A stretch of DNA of 63,558 bases, counting the filler, from Octopus bimaculoides (Eukaryota): assembly GCF_001194135.2 (NCBI RefSeq). It is 4 parts of 3 records of this genome, joined end to end, with 100 filler letters (N's around TTAATTAATTAA, not from the genome) between each part and the next. Parts side by side here need not be neighbours in the genome. Positions count along the whole stretch, not along the records: positions 61,480 to 63,558 come from NW_026367540.1; 3 more parts are not named here. One strand, written 5' to 3'. The notes beneath the pieces were generated by a model. It ran no database searches and was not told the origin of the DNA. It saw only the letters and a list, made by a program, of their open reading frames with translations. The position numbers and the translations under genes were made by a program. Each line of letters opens with the position of its first letter. Position 1 is the first letter of the stretch. This document shows positions 63,248-63,558 of this stretch, piece after piece.

Positions 63248-63301
<54 letters not shown>

Positions 63302-63430
63302 GTCGTCGTCGTCGTCGTCGTCGTCTTCATTACTTCTGCCATTGCTACCTCTTCATCTATACCAGCATCTTTACAGTCAACATCCCCACCATTATTACCA
63401 ACACGATCACAACGTCCTCCATCACCACCA
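62690..63430. repeat. Degenerate (CAC/CAT)n low-complexity tracts
   Basis: Direct reading. Confidence 0.85.
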
Positions 63431-63444
63431 ACTCCAATATCACC

Positions 63445-63558
63445 ATCTTGTCTCTTTATTGCCCACAAGGGGCTATAAACATAGAGGGGACAAAGAAGGA
63501 CAGACAACGGAATTAAGTCGATTACATTGACCCCAGTGCGTAACTGGTACTTAATTTA
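63445..63558 (-). mobile_element. SINE family B2 3' part, runs off the window
   Basis: Matches 14340-14440. Confidence 0.85.

Noticed and set aside
62690-63530. Pro/Ser/His-rich ORFs
   Set aside because: Degenerate CAC/CAT repeats without splice or codon-level support, ending in a SINE.

Overview
AT-rich, microsatellite- and SINE-saturated animal genomic DNA from a fragmented draft assembly. The repeat families are, from memory, those of a coleoid cephalopod, most likely Octopus (inference). The window is not contiguous: three artificial 100-bp spacers (44 N + TTAATTAATTAA + 44 N) join four sequences (1-17161, 17262-39465, 39566-61379, 61480-63558), and there are many ordinary N gaps. No complete host gene can be supported, and nearly all ORFs in the track are N-run or microsatellite artefacts. 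Recognisable coding remnants are retroelement fragments: an RTE reverse transcriptase piece, an RTE ORF2 C-terminus, two R4/Dong-like (RLE) C-termini and a Penelope fragment. There are dozens of tRNA-derived SINE copies from several modular families (labelled A, B, C, D, F, G here; these are working names) and a few MITE/Helitron-like relics. Best leads: Penelope-type minimal hammerhead ribozyme motifs (33259-33307, 19859-19896), fold-back palindromes built from SINE tails, an inverted-repeat element carrying octamer and CCAAT boxes (37175-37740), a small candidate exon beside a recursive-splice-like AG|GT site (15606-15800), a Pro-rich minisatellite that varies synonymously, and an unexplained BTB/T1-like reading frame. 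I do not find strong evidence for a wholly new multi-gene system.
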